NCBI GenBank assembly: GCA_001779195.1
Contig: MFJL01000019.1
Location: forward strand, 27,192 to 91,191
DNA: 64,000 bases
Direction: 5' to 3'
DNA from: Candidatus Gottesmanbacteria bacterium RIFCSPHIGHO2_02_FULL_39_11
Lineage (GTDB): Bacteria; Patescibacteriota; Microgenomatia; 2-02-FULL-39-11
Shown piece by piece: positions 18,084-28,865 of the stretch. The stretch's first letter is position 1; every line of letters begins with the position of its first letter. Under the pieces are notes generated by a model. The model was not told where the DNA came from. It saw only the letters and a list, made by a program, of their open reading frames with translations, and searched no databases. Both the position numbers and the translations under genes were made by a program.

Positions 18084-19447
18084 AACTAATCGAAAAATGA
18101 TACCATAATCAGTTGCCTTCGGATTACGGATTCTTGGTAAAAAAGACCTTGTTAAATAATTTGCGTTCTTCGTTTCTGACTATTATAGCCCATTCATTGT
18201 CACTGTGAGCATAGGCTATTGTATTAAGTTTTTCCCATGAGGTCACGGGTTTGAGAAATTGTTTTTGTGTTGTTTTGGCAATGCGTTTGAGTTTGTCATA
18301 CGGAACCATGACATCTCCATAGACTCTCCGTTCTCTTCCCTGATCGTCTTTTGAGGTTTCGGTGAGATACAAACACGGTCTGTGGAAATTGAGATAGGGA
18401 TTGAGAAAATCATGATAATATGTGTTGATGGTATCTGCCATTCCCTGATTGATATGACAGTATCCCATGTTCTTCCGGACAACGGATGCATTCTTTGATT
18501 CCACTAATGCATTGTCGTTGCAGTGACGCGATCTGCTTTTGGTTTGTTTAATAAGTAGATTGTTGAGGATAGTCTCAACGGTGTAGTTGATAAATTCACA
18601 CCCGCGGTCGGAGTGAAAATTAAACACGATAAATGGGAACTGATCCAGAAGAAACCGGAGCGCGGGAGCAAGACAGGACTCGGCTATCACCGGCACACAG
18701 ACCACTACTTCCCACTGGGTAATCTCATCAACAGCGTTGATATGGAAAACATCCCTTTGGTGCACTGTATCAATCCGAATGGCACCTGGTAAATTGTTGG
18801 GTTCCGGAGGTTTGGTGCTCCCAATTCCGATATTTCTTGCTTTTGTCCCATTGACCCAGCTGTTTACGTAGACCGGATGATGCCGCAAATTATTGATGTG
18901 GGAGACAGAACACTGGGCAATCTGTCCATACTCCGTATGACCGAATACGTCCTTTTCCCGTCGAAGAATTTCATGCGTTGCCATAGCGTTAAGCCGGAGA
19001 TGGAGTTCATCTGTTTTTTCCAGGAGTTTAATGTCAGAACTTGTATAGATACGGTTTGGATTTTTCCGTCGGTATTCTGTACGAACGAGCTTCCCAATGA
19101 CTGCTCGCTTGATGAGTCGTAATAGTTGCGCTTTTTTGTAACCGGTTAATTTCCGTAAATACACATAGACCAGATGTTTGTCTCCACGGGAAAGTTTTTT
19201 GTAGGAAAACCGATCCACTGTCCGATCAATGAAGTGATATTTTTCCTCAATAGAATCCAATCGAATGGATACCTCCTGAGAAGATGTTAAAAACTCTTGT
19301 AATTGAGTAACATTAAGGAGACGTGAGTCGTCCATACTTGTGTTCATCGCAGAATCAAGTATATCCGATGGCTCACGTTTTTCCTGCAACCAACGGTATC
19401 ATTTTTCGGTTAGTTGCAGAAAACGCTATGGTATCATCTTCGATTAG
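18084..19447 (-). mobile_element. Insertion sequence with imperfect terminal inverted repeats and a DDE transposase
   Basis: The left inverted repeat AACTAATCGAAAAATGATACC at 18084-18104 matches the reverse complement of 19396-19416 (AACTAACCGAAAAATGATACC) at 20 of 21 positions. A second repeat-like copy lies at 19424-19445. Confidence 0.7.
18124..19389 (-). CDS. DDE-type transposase/integrase (rve core domain), IS481/IS3-like
   Basis: IRIDTVHQRDVFHINAVDEITQW ... FHSDRGCEFINYTV ... RHCNDNALVESKNASV supplies the D, D, E triad with retroviral-integrase-like spacing. An N-terminal HTH is present. Confidence 0.8.
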   Translation of the reverse strand: MQEKREPSDILDSAMNTSMDDSRLLNVTQLQEFLTSSQEVSIRLDSIEEKYHFIDRTVDRFSYKKLSRGDKHLVYVYLRKLTGYKKAQLLRLIKRAVIGKLVRTEYRRKNPNRIYTSSDIKLLEKTDELHLRLNAMATHEILRREKDVFGHTEYGQIAQCSVSHINNLRHHPVYVNSWVNGTKARNIGIGSTKPPEPNNLPGAIRIDTVHQRDVFHINAVDEITQWEVVVCVPVIAESCLAPALRFLLDQFPFIVFNFHSDRGCEFINYTVETILNNLLIKQTKSRSRHCNDNALVESKNASVVRKNMGYCHINQGMADTINTYYHDFLNPYLNFHRPCLYLTETSKDDQGRERRVYGDVMVPYDKLKRIAKTTQKQFLKPVTSWEKLNTIAYAHSDNEWAIIVRNEERKLFNKVFFTKNP

Positions 19448-19501
19448 ACAAGACTGAAATTTGCAAGTAATTTTACTTTCCTCTACAATGCCAACGTTTA
19501 T

Positions 19502-20896
19502 ATGCAATCTGTTGAAAACAAACGGAAAGAATTACGTTTTGAGATAAAAGGTTCGGTTCCGGACATGGAGTCTGACGGTCTTAAAGAAATTGTTTACGAT
19601 TATCCTTGGGTTACCACCATATATTTTGGAGGTAAAGAATCAGGATTTCCCCATGGACAAGCTATAAAAGCTCGCTTTTTTACTAAAGATCCGCAAAGTG
19701 CTCCTTATATTCTTCAGGCAGATACTCCTTGTATTTTTGAGCTTAAAATAGGGCCTAAGGATTTAACAGAATCATCAAGAAGAAGAAAATACCGTATAAA
19801 TACAACTCTTGGAGAGATTCTTCCAGCTTTAGAAAGAAAAGAAAATTTTGACCAATTATCTACTTATCAATTAAGGGAAAGCAAAAAACCCTTTCCAGTG
19901 AGTCTCCTTTATGCTATTAGCCAACATGAGAAAACAGATAATTTTGTTCCTATTGCAGCAACGCATTATCATAGAAGACATTTTGAGGATGCTTCTTTAC
20001 GTGCAACTGTTGATACTAATCTACAGTTCTTCAAATTTATTAAATTTTATAAGGACTGGTTCGCTTTCCCGATATCACAACCTGAAGATGGTGTGATAGT
20101 TGAATGGAAAATACCTTTAGATGAAGAATATGTTCATAATACTTCTCTAGACAGCTTCAAATCTCAAAATTTGCTTCCATCTACTTCTAAATTTAATAAA
20201 CTTAAAGGTGTTGTTGAGGAATCAGTTCTTACTGTAGTAAATCCGGAAATGAGGGGAAGTGCAGAGGCAAGTGATTGGAACTTGATGGAACGGGAGTTGA
20301 AAATTGACCTTCAAGCAGATGCTAGAAACACTTTAAGACGAATGGTTCTTGATGATGCAGAATACTCTTTATCCCAATCTTATGAGGAGACATCATACCA
20401 ACAGTTTCTTATCATGGGTGAAGGGAGTATTTGCTTGATGGGGAGAGGTGGTAGGGGGCAATTTGAGGTAATAAAAGTTAAGACTTCTTCTCATCAAGAA
20501 GGTGATGTTTTAGTACGTAAAGAACAAATTTTTAAATATTCAGATGAGAAGCTTCGCCAAGTATTTGGAGCAGGTGATGTTGAAAAACAAAGATATTCTG
20601 CTCATTTTATTCGAAGAAGAATGCAAAGAAATATACTATGCCGAAATAGTGGCAATATCTTTAATGTATTTGTTGATAACTGTGTGGCTGAATCACCTAT
20701 TGCAGATCTTAATCAATGTGAAGTTGAATATCATGGAAGAATTTGTGCAGGAGAAGATAATACTTTTGACTTAGATCAAATAGATAAAGACTTCAAAAAC
20801 TTACAGAGGGCACTTGTCACCTATTTTACTGGGAGAGAAGTGCCGATTCAATCTTTAGGTACGACTAAATATAACTGGATTAGAGGTCTAATATAA
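19502..20896 (+). CDS. VTC (CYTH-like) domain protein with an unknown C-terminal domain
   Basis: The N-terminus ELRFEIKGSV...YPWVTTIYFGGKE...IKARFF...RRRKYRIN resembles the VTC/polyphosphate-polymerase triphosphate-tunnel domain. The C-terminal ~250 aa is unassigned. Confidence 0.45.
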   Translation: MQSVENKRKELRFEIKGSVPDMESDGLKEIVYDYPWVTTIYFGGKESGFPHGQAIKARFFTKDPQSAPYILQADTPCIFELKIGPKDLTESSRRRKYRINTTLGEILPALERKENFDQLSTYQLRESKKPFPVSLLYAISQHEKTDNFVPIAATHYHRRHFEDASLRATVDTNLQFFKFIKFYKDWFAFPISQPEDGVIVEWKIPLDEEYVHNTSLDSFKSQNLLPSTSKFNKLKGVVEESVLTVVNPEMRGSAEASDWNLMERELKIDLQADARNTLRRMVLDDAEYSLSQSYEETSYQQFLIMGEGSICLMGRGGRGQFEVIKVKTSSHQEGDVLVRKEQIFKYSDEKLRQVFGAGDVEKQRYSAHFIRRRMQRNILCRNSGNIFNVFVDNCVAESPIADLNQCEVEYHGRICAGEDNTFDLDQIDKDFKNLQRALVTYFTGREVPIQSLGTTKYNWIRGLI

Positions 20897-20921
20897 TAAA
20901 GGTCAGTTGACAGAGAAAGTT

Positions 20922-21941
20922 TTATGCTTGTTCCGAAATTTTATAGTGGATAAATCCTCCATGTTCGTGTTTTGGGGATAGGACAAGAAGATGCGCTGCT
21001 TTTTGTAAGGACAAATTATTTTGTTTTACCCCTTTTGTATGTAAATTTATCATATCTGTTGATCCCGTTTGACTTTCCATACATAGATACGGTTCTTCCT
21101 GCGGAGTATATACAACCATGTGTGTAAAATCTTCTGAGGAGTCTAAAAACACTTTCATTTTTTTATCTGAGTAATCGATGCATGGTGTATGATTTTTGTC
21201 TAAGTCAGTAAAAACATGATCAAGTGAAAGTTTTGATAAAGAAATAGGTGAATTAAGATCAAAATGAGTCCCTTTTACATTTATAAGATTTCCGGTTGGT
21301 AACAATTCCTTATCTGCATCCATAACATTTTTAGCCGGAAGTCTAACCAAGGTATGGTTTCTGCCGGATAGAAGGGAAAAGTATGGATGGAGAGCAAAAC
21401 CAAATGGCAAATTCTTGTTGGAAAAATTTTCAACTTTATAATCCACTCTTAAGCCAAACTCATTCAAAGTAAACTTGAGAGTAAGTTTCGATTCAAAAGG
21501 GAAATATTCATATATATTATTACCTGCTTTACATTCAATAAAGGTCTGTGCTTTTACGAAGTTAGAACCTATTTGTATTTTACCTATTTCCCATATTTTG
21601 TTATCTACCAGTCCATGAATAAGCGGGTAATTCCCATTTTTCCTTTTAATTTTTTTTAGTGAATATTTTTCGCCTTCAAACTCAAATTTTTTATCTCGAA
21701 CTCTATTTGGATAAGGCCATAGGACAAAGCATCCAGTCCAGTCTCTTTGTTTTAAGAGGGAAAGATCGCAATAAAAAATATCTTTGTTATTATACTTAAA
21801 GCTGTAAATATTACTGCCAAAATGGGGAGAAATTTTAACTTCAAGATTCTTCTCTTTATTTTGATAAGTAAGAAAGAGAGAATTATGTCCAATCTCGGAG
21901 TCAACTTTTATGCAGCCTTTAATATTTAATTTTCTTGGCAT
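20922..21941 (-). CDS. Aldose 1-epimerase family protein
   Basis: GFALHPYFSL and the overall galactose-mutarotase-like layout support the call. Confidence 0.7.
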   Translation of the reverse strand: MPRKLNIKGCIKVDSEIGHNSLFLTYQNKEKNLEVKISPHFGSNIYSFKYNNKDIFYCDLSLLKQRDWTGCFVLWPYPNRVRDKKFEFEGEKYSLKKIKRKNGNYPLIHGLVDNKIWEIGKIQIGSNFVKAQTFIECKAGNNIYEYFPFESKLTLKFTLNEFGLRVDYKVENFSNKNLPFGFALHPYFSLLSGRNHTLVRLPAKNVMDADKELLPTGNLINVKGTHFDLNSPISLSKLSLDHVFTDLDKNHTPCIDYSDKKMKVFLDSSEDFTHMVVYTPQEEPYLCMESQTGSTDMINLHTKGVKQNNLSLQKAAHLLVLSPKHEHGGFIHYKISEQA

Positions 21942-21972
21942 GAAAAAATGCGGAGTTGAAGTAACAGTATTC

Positions 21973-23364
21973 TTAAACGATTATTTTTGTTTCAATAATC
22001 TTTTTATACCAGAAGAAGCTATCTTTAGGTATTCGCTCAAGATTATGCTCTCTGTCAATATGTATCAGTCCAAAGCTTGAGTTGGGATTATATGCTAAAT
22101 CCCACTCAAAGTTATCCATAAGCGTCCATACAAAATATCCTTTCATGGGAACTCCTGCCAAAATAGCTTTGGCAACCATCTTTAGGTGTTCGCGGATATA
22201 AAATATCCTGAATTCATCATGAATTTTTCCATCTTTATCAATTTTATCCGGCCAACAGGTTCCGTTTTCACTAATCACCATCTCTTTTATTCCATAACTT
22301 CCATATCGGTTATATAATTTTTTAAGAAGTTCATACAATGCTTCAGGATAGGTTGGGGGAATCATAACGGGCCAGCCCATGGCATTTCCAACTCCTTGAG
22401 GATACCGGATTTCTTCAAACGTCAGTTCAGCTTTAGGGTTGTATTTGACAATTTTACCCCGATAGAAGTTAATTCCAAACGTTTTTAACCCTTTTCCAAC
22501 ATTTATTATTTCCATATCACCATCTTGAATTTTAGGCATTTTATCTTGTATCAGCTCCATGATGTTTTCCGGATATTTACCCATATAAAGAGGATCCATA
22601 AACATCCCTGTTTGGTATTCAAAAAGAAGTTGAGCAGCTTTCACATCTTTTTCATCGGAGCTTGCTGCATACGTGATGGTGGGGTTGTAAACAGTACTTA
22701 AGGCTACGTTCCTATCCATTTTTTTAAGAGCGTGATACACCATACCTTGACTGAGCAGCATATGATGAACAGCAGCAAGAGCTCCTTTTAGGCTTGTTTC
22801 ACCGGGTGCCTGTACACCATTGTGGTAACTTTCAAATGTGGCCTGGAAGGGTTCATTTAAAATATAATATTCATAGATATATTCGCCCAAGTACTTATGA
22901 ACGATTTTTGCATGTTCCACAAAATAATCCACAATTTCCCTATTTTTCCAGCCTCCTTTATCGGATAGATACTGTGGAAGATCCCAATGGTAGAGTGTCA
23001 CGTATACTCGTATCTTGTCTTTATTTAAGACTTTGAAAAAATTTTTATACCACTCAATTGCCTTCATGTTTGGTTTTTTCTCCCGGGTCATTACCCGTGA
23101 CATAGCAACTGATGTCCGGTAATCTTTAACTCCCAGCTTTTTCATAAATTCAATATCCTCTTTCCACCTGTGATATCTGTCAATGGCGATATCATTTGTC
23201 TGGCCTTGGTATACTTTACCCGGTATTTTGGAGAACTTTTTCCATACTGTAGGTTCTGCTTGTTCATTTTCGATTGTGAATTTTTCACCCATCACCTGGG
23301 CATCTGCGTCTGTCACTCCAAAAACAAAATCTTTAGGAAATTTAAAAGAATTGAGTTGGTACAT
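21973..23364 (-). CDS. Glycoside hydrolase family 1 beta-glucosidase/beta-galactosidase
   Basis: FVFGVTDADAQ, TLYHWDLPQ, ILNEP (acid/base) and ISENG (nucleophile) are all present. Confidence 0.9.
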   Translation of the reverse strand: MYQLNSFKFPKDFVFGVTDADAQVMGEKFTIENEQAEPTVWKKFSKIPGKVYQGQTNDIAIDRYHRWKEDIEFMKKLGVKDYRTSVAMSRVMTREKKPNMKAIEWYKNFFKVLNKDKIRVYVTLYHWDLPQYLSDKGGWKNREIVDYFVEHAKIVHKYLGEYIYEYYILNEPFQATFESYHNGVQAPGETSLKGALAAVHHMLLSQGMVYHALKKMDRNVALSTVYNPTITYAASSDEKDVKAAQLLFEYQTGMFMDPLYMGKYPENIMELIQDKMPKIQDGDMEIINVGKGLKTFGINFYRGKIVKYNPKAELTFEEIRYPQGVGNAMGWPVMIPPTYPEALYELLKKLYNRYGSYGIKEMVISENGTCWPDKIDKDGKIHDEFRIFYIREHLKMVAKAILAGVPMKGYFVWTLMDNFEWDLAYNPNSSFGLIHIDREHNLERIPKDSFFWYKKIIETKIIV

Positions 23365-23453
23365 AAAAATTTTTATTAGATTTCTTAGCTAAATTTATAT
23401 AATTATGGTCGATACTATCCTATAGAATCGTTTGTTGCAACTATAAAAATAGC

Positions 23454-25244
23454 CTATCGTTGATAGACAGTTGCCTGGTTTGGCAAACTTACACTTGGTG
23501 CTCCTTCAGGTACCACATAAGCTGCAGGATACCTACCCCCTCTAAGGATATCTTTTGTTGCTTCCACAACAATCGGTGTGGTAACCAGAATTGTATTGAA
23601 GTAGTGTAATTGCCTTCTGCCGGTATCATCAATTGCTTTTTTCCATTGGTTAAAAGCAACGTCTTCCCATTGTGAAGTTGGAATGATGGTGTTATTTTCT
23701 TGTTCGTATGCAAGTACCCCTAATTTCCTTTTGAATGTCTGATGTATTTGAGTATACATATCGATTTTTCTCATTAATTGTTTTTCTTCTTCTGTACTAT
23801 GAGTGTTCCGTTGACTTAGTTCATCTCTTTTATTTTCACATATGAGTGCAAATTCCTGAAATGTGTCAAATACTTTATGCGCTCGATCTTCAGGTATCGT
23901 GTAAGCGTCAATAGCCTGACTATCCATAGATGCATGCATATCGTTATATTCCATCAATTCATTTGCCGCTTGGGCATATAAGTTATCTACAAGGGATGTA
24001 CATGCTTGATCAACGATATTTGGCCGGTATCCGCTAGAGTCTCTGGTATGTTTGACCTGAAAATTAGGTCCGGTGGCATAAAGGAGAGATTTTCCGGTCC
24101 TCTGATAAACCTCATCTGCCATTCCTGGCAGTAATTCATTATCTGCTCGAGTGCGTATTTTTCCTACCGTTCCATATTTTCCTTGACCTGATATTTCCGG
24201 GCTTATAATAAAGGAGAAAGGCAGCCGGGAAGTGTCTTCATCTACATGCCAAGCAGACATAGCAGCATCAACATTAGTCCCGCACTTTCGAATAGCAAAC
24301 ATTTTATTAGGGCTTGCAGGGAAAGAAAGTATAGGAAGTTCTTCTTCCGGAAATTCATCCATTAAAAATTGCTTTAAAACCGCGGCAGTTCTGTAATCCG
24401 GCTTGCCTGATTTAATCGCAGATATTCCCCAAACGGTTCCATTCTCAATAGATTCGCCATCGGGGTTAACTTCAAATATTGCTACACCATTTCTTTGCGC
24501 TTCATCTAATTGACGATGCATAGTATCTTTCCATGTCTCACTCGCCTGCATTTCCGGAAATCTACCTTTAAGTTCTTGTATTGTTTTACCGGGAATATCT
24601 AAAAAATCCGTAGCTATATTACCATTTTTTGCTCGGTCAAATTGTAAATGACCATTTCGCCGCATATCTACAATAACCTGACCATTATAAATACTCCCGT
24701 AACCGCCAACCTTCTCATACTGATAAGGTACGTCTATATCATCATCAACAAGTCCGAGTACAAAACTATTAGGAGTTCCATCCACAGCCGCAGCCGCAAT
24801 TACCGCAACCTTGTGTCTATTACCTCCGCAGGAAGGGTCCAGGCTGATTCTCTCCAAAAGATCCCTAGTGATGCTCTGTTTGTTTAGTTTTTCCTCTAGT
24901 TGGTCGACTAAACGAGTTTGACCATTGTGAGTAAGGATAAAAGTAGGTGTCTGAAGTGATCCGCCATTTTTGTCGTAGTAAGACTGAAGCCACCGAGCTC
25001 GTTCTTCGTGAGTGGTTTTTGAAGATCCGTCTGCAATCAAAAACCTGGAAGTGGGAGCAATTCCAGCCCTTTGGATAGCTGCATCATACGTTGCAAGGGT
25101 CGTTGGGAGTGATCCCATAACCTCAGTTTGTGGTCCTCCATCCTCAGGTTTCACAGGTTTACCCCACCTTTCATATGTAGGTATAGCGACTGTATATGGG
25201 CTGATATCCGGTGGAAGGTATCCGTTCGCAATTTCGATTGGCAT
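23454..25244 (-). CDS. Hypothetical 596-aa protein (higher GC, within the sugar island)
   Basis: The long intact ORF has no recognisable catalytic motif and is compositionally GC-richer than neighbouring genes. Confidence 0.4.
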   Translation of the reverse strand: MPIEIANGYLPPDISPYTVAIPTYERWGKPVKPEDGGPQTEVMGSLPTTLATYDAAIQRAGIAPTSRFLIADGSSKTTHEERARWLQSYYDKNGGSLQTPTFILTHNGQTRLVDQLEEKLNKQSITRDLLERISLDPSCGGNRHKVAVIAAAAVDGTPNSFVLGLVDDDIDVPYQYEKVGGYGSIYNGQVIVDMRRNGHLQFDRAKNGNIATDFLDIPGKTIQELKGRFPEMQASETWKDTMHRQLDEAQRNGVAIFEVNPDGESIENGTVWGISAIKSGKPDYRTAAVLKQFLMDEFPEEELPILSFPASPNKMFAIRKCGTNVDAAMSAWHVDEDTSRLPFSFIISPEISGQGKYGTVGKIRTRADNELLPGMADEVYQRTGKSLLYATGPNFQVKHTRDSSGYRPNIVDQACTSLVDNLYAQAANELMEYNDMHASMDSQAIDAYTIPEDRAHKVFDTFQEFALICENKRDELSQRNTHSTEEEKQLMRKIDMYTQIHQTFKRKLGVLAYEQENNTIIPTSQWEDVAFNQWKKAIDDTGRRQLHYFNTILVTTPIVVEATKDILRGGRYPAAYVVPEGAPSVSLPNQATVYQR

Positions 25245-25417
25245 AAGCTTTTATTTCGAACCGCTGAGCAACATCATACTTTATCATACCTTTTAAAACT
25301 AGTCAATACCGACCTATAGTAACCATACCTTCAATCAAATAGTGGGTAAAGCTTATCTATATTTTTTATCAATGTATCTGATATAATCAGCCTGAGTTAA
25401 TTCTTTTCACATTTTTT

Positions 25418-26404
25418 ATGAAAATCTTGGTTACAGGAGGAGCGGGATATATCGGAAGTATAGTTACGGCCCAACTTATAGAAGAAGGTCATACTGTAGT
25501 AGTATACGACAATTTATCCCGGGGTCACAAAAAAGCGGTTCACCCTGAAGCTGTATTTATAAAAGGAGATTTATCTGACCGGGAAAAAATTGAGCAAACT
25601 CTTCGTGATCACAAAATAGAGGCAGTTATGCATTTTGCAGCTTTTATAGAAGCCGGGGAAAGTATGGTAAAACCGGAAGTTTACTTTCGGAATAATACCG
25701 CAAACGCATTAACTCTTCTTGAGGCCATGACAGCTCAAAAAATTAATTATTTTGTTTTTTCCTCAACAGCTGCGGTATACGGAAATCCGGACTCAATTCC
25801 TATTACAGAAGATAGTAAATTGTTACCCACCAATGCATATGGAGCCTCAAAATTACTGGTTGAGAATATGATGAAGTGGTTTGATCAAATTCATAAACTA
25901 AAATATGCAGCTCTGAGGTATTTTAATGCCTGCGGAGCAACTCCAACCCTAGGTGAAGATCATCAGCCGGAATCTCACTTGATTCCCTTAGCAATTGCTG
26001 CAGCTGTGGGAAAGAGAGATAAGCTTCAACTCTATGGAACTGACTATCCGACAAAGGATGGAACGTGTGTGCGAGACTATATTCATGTGAGTGATCTGGC
26101 AACTGCTCATGTACTTGCTCTTAAAAAAATTACAAGTTCGAAAAATAAAGAATCAAAAATTTATAATCTGGGGAGCGAAAAAGGTTTTACCAACCAGGAA
26201 GTGATTAAGGCAGTCGGACGTGTTTTAGGAAAAGCGGTTCCTGTTATAGAAGCATCCCGCAGAATGGGAGATCCAGCAATTCTAGTTGCCAGTTCAGAAA
26301 AAATTAGAAAAGAATTAGGGTGGATTCCAAAATATACAAAACTGGAAGATATTATTTCATCTGCATGGGAGTGGAGAAAGAAGCATCTAAATGGCTACAA
26401 ATAA
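25418..26404 (+). CDS. galE: UDP-glucose 4-epimerase
   Basis: MKILVTGGAGYIGS is the Rossmann motif, and YGASK is the SDR catalytic Y..K. Confidence 0.9.
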   Translation: MKILVTGGAGYIGSIVTAQLIEEGHTVVVYDNLSRGHKKAVHPEAVFIKGDLSDREKIEQTLRDHKIEAVMHFAAFIEAGESMVKPEVYFRNNTANALTLLEAMTAQKINYFVFSSTAAVYGNPDSIPITEDSKLLPTNAYGASKLLVENMMKWFDQIHKLKYAALRYFNACGATPTLGEDHQPESHLIPLAIAAAVGKRDKLQLYGTDYPTKDGTCVRDYIHVSDLATAHVLALKKITSSKNKESKIYNLGSEKGFTNQEVIKAVGRVLGKAVPVIEASRRMGDPAILVASSEKIRKELGWIPKYTKLEDIISSAWEWRKKHLNGYK

Positions 26405-27449
26405 TATGAATGATTTTTCCTTACACCCTCACCGAAGGTACAATCCTCTAATGGATGAATGGGTTTTAGTTTCTCCTCAACGCACAAAGAGACCTTGGCA
26501 AGGAGCTATCACTCCTGAAATTCAAAAAGAGTCGGTTAAGTACGATTCTCATTGCTATTTATGTCCTGGAAACAAACGGGCGAATAATAAAAAGACTCCT
26601 GATTATACCGGAGCTTATGTTTTTGAAAATGATTTCCCGGCACTTCTTTCTGATAAAACAGATTTTAAATTTCCTCAGGACAACGACTTATTTAACGTAT
26701 CCTCTCAAAGAGGAACATGTAGAGTAATCTGTTATTCTCCTAGTCACAGTCTTACCATGGCAAAAATGACTACTGATCAAATTAATGATGTAATAACCGC
26801 ATGGATAGGTCAATATATTGAGCTTGGCAATTTACCTTTTATTAACTATGTACAAATTTTTGAAAATCGGGGAGAAATGATGGGAGCAAGTAATCCCCAT
26901 CCTCATGGACAAATATGGGCAACAGAACATATTCCGACAATCGTTTCAAAAGAACAGTATGAACAGGAAAAATATTTTCAAAAGAAAAAAACTTCTCTTC
27001 TTTTAGATTATTTAAAATGCGAAATACAAATGAAAGAGAGAACCGTATACGCAAATGATAATTTTGTCTCTCTGATTCCTTTTTGGGCAGTATGGCCTTA
27101 TGAAGTTATGATCGTGCCGAAACAAAAAAAGGAATCCCTTTCACAATTAACTTTGTCAGAACGGTTAAATCTAGCGGATATGCTACGAAATACGATTATT
27201 CGCTATGACAACTTATTTCATACACCTTTTCCTTATACCCTGGGAATTCATCAGGCGCCAACGGATGGAAAAAACCATCCAGAATGGCAATTTCATATCC
27301 ATTTTTATCCCCCGTTACTTCGGTCAGCAACTGTAAGAAAATTTATGGTAGGGTATGAAATGATGGCAGAGGCTCAAAGAGATATCACGCCAGAAGAATC
27401 CGCAGAGAAATTAAGAAGTTTATCAGCAACTCATTATTTCCAGTCTTAA
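26391..27449 (+). CDS. galT: Galactose-1-phosphate uridylyltransferase
   Basis: CYLCPGNKR is the zinc site, and HPHGQIWA is the HPH active site. Confidence 0.9.
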   Translation: MATNNMNDFSLHPHRRYNPLMDEWVLVSPQRTKRPWQGAITPEIQKESVKYDSHCYLCPGNKRANNKKTPDYTGAYVFENDFPALLSDKTDFKFPQDNDLFNVSSQRGTCRVICYSPSHSLTMAKMTTDQINDVITAWIGQYIELGNLPFINYVQIFENRGEMMGASNPHPHGQIWATEHIPTIVSKEQYEQEKYFQKKKTSLLLDYLKCEIQMKERTVYANDNFVSLIPFWAVWPYEVMIVPKQKKESLSQLTLSERLNLADMLRNTIIRYDNLFHTPFPYTLGIHQAPTDGKNHPEWQFHIHFYPPLLRSATVRKFMVGYEMMAEAQRDITPEESAEKLRSLSATHYFQS

Positions 27450-27455
27450 CCTTTT

Positions 27456-28865
27456 ATGAACTCACTCTCTCCTATTGCTCATGAACTATTAACTAGAGGA
27501 ATGAAATCATTTGTTTCCAAGTTTGGATATATTCCTACTCATGCATGGGTAGCCCCTGGAAGAGTAGAAGGGATCGGAAACCATGTAGATTATCAGGGAG
27601 GGAATATTTTTGCTTTTTCCATTGACCGGTATGTGGCTAGCTTTGTAGCTCTTAGAAGACCGGATGCTACTCGCGATATCGGTATGGCCCCTATTCGCAT
27701 GGTTGATTTAAATATTGATGTGACTTTAGATATTCATAATAAATCACCTGGAATTTATAATTACTACCGGCCAGATGGAACAACTGAGAAAGATCGTCTG
27801 GTAAAAGGAATCATTGCACAAATAATGAATCCCTATAAAGATAATCCAAATCAAGTGGGTACAATGCTTCCTGATACCGGGTACTATTCCATACTTGCAA
27901 AAAGAGATCCTCAAATTTATGAAAAAATACGAAGACTTGAAAACGGGTTGGATGTAGTTATAACAGGTAATGTTCCTTTTGAGGCAGGAGTAAGTTCTTC
28001 CGCTGCATTTTCAGTGTCTCTTCTTCAAACACTTTTGGATGCTCTTGATATATCCATGACTGAAAAGGAGAAAATTCATTTTATTAAAATGGCAGAACAC
28101 CGGTCAGGTGCTATTACCGGGCATCTAGATCAAACGGTCTCGCTTATTGGAGGTGCGGTGCTGGTTCAGACAGAAGAAGCAGGACCTCTTCGTATTAAAG
28201 TAGATCCCAGATTTTATGAGTATGAATACATGCTTTTTCCATCGGGTATCAGTCATAGCTTGGCAGGTCCAGATGCTATTTATCCAAAACGGGTTAAAGA
28301 ATGCGATGTCGCATTAAAAACAATTAATACGTTTCTGAAGGAAGAAAAACAAAAGGAGATCCATACTCTTGCGGAACTTGGGAAATTAAAGAACTTTAAA
28401 ACCGTACTTCCTGATATTTATCATATTCTTCCTGATTCTTTAAAAAAACGTGTTAGGCATATTGTGGAAGAAACTTTAAGAGTGGATAAAGCACTTGAAT
28501 GTGTTCAAAATGGAGATGTATTTAGGTACTCTCAACTGCTGAATGAATCCGGAGAAAGTTCAGCACTGCTTTATGAAATTAGCCATAAGGAAGTGGAAGA
28601 TTTAAAACATATAATCTGGAAGTTTTTTAAAGAAAAAAATAAAGATAGAAATGCAAATGACCAGCTTACCTATGCTGCGCGCATGATGGGGGGAGGAGAT
28701 GGGGGTCCAGTCCTTGTTTTTTTACCAAAAGACAAAAAATTAATAGAAGAACTTTTAGAGTATACACAAAAAGAATACTATCAGCCTCGAGGAAGGTCTC
28801 ACCTGATTCCTTTTAATGTAAATATAAGCAGCGGTCCAATCAATCTTCAACCCTATCTAAAATGA
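27456..28865 (+). CDS. galK: Galactokinase (GHMP kinase)
   Basis: PGRVEGIGNHVDYQGG is the galactokinase signature, and PFEAGVSSSAAFSV is the GHMP ATP motif. Confidence 0.88.
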   Translation: MNSLSPIAHELLTRGMKSFVSKFGYIPTHAWVAPGRVEGIGNHVDYQGGNIFAFSIDRYVASFVALRRPDATRDIGMAPIRMVDLNIDVTLDIHNKSPGIYNYYRPDGTTEKDRLVKGIIAQIMNPYKDNPNQVGTMLPDTGYYSILAKRDPQIYEKIRRLENGLDVVITGNVPFEAGVSSSAAFSVSLLQTLLDALDISMTEKEKIHFIKMAEHRSGAITGHLDQTVSLIGGAVLVQTEEAGPLRIKVDPRFYEYEYMLFPSGISHSLAGPDAIYPKRVKECDVALKTINTFLKEEKQKEIHTLAELGKLKNFKTVLPDIYHILPDSLKKRVRHIVEETLRVDKALECVQNGDVFRYSQLLNESGESSALLYEISHKEVEDLKHIIWKFFKEKNKDRNANDQLTYAARMMGGGDGGPVLVFLPKDKKLIEELLEYTQKEYYQPRGRSHLIPFNVNISSGPINLQPYLK

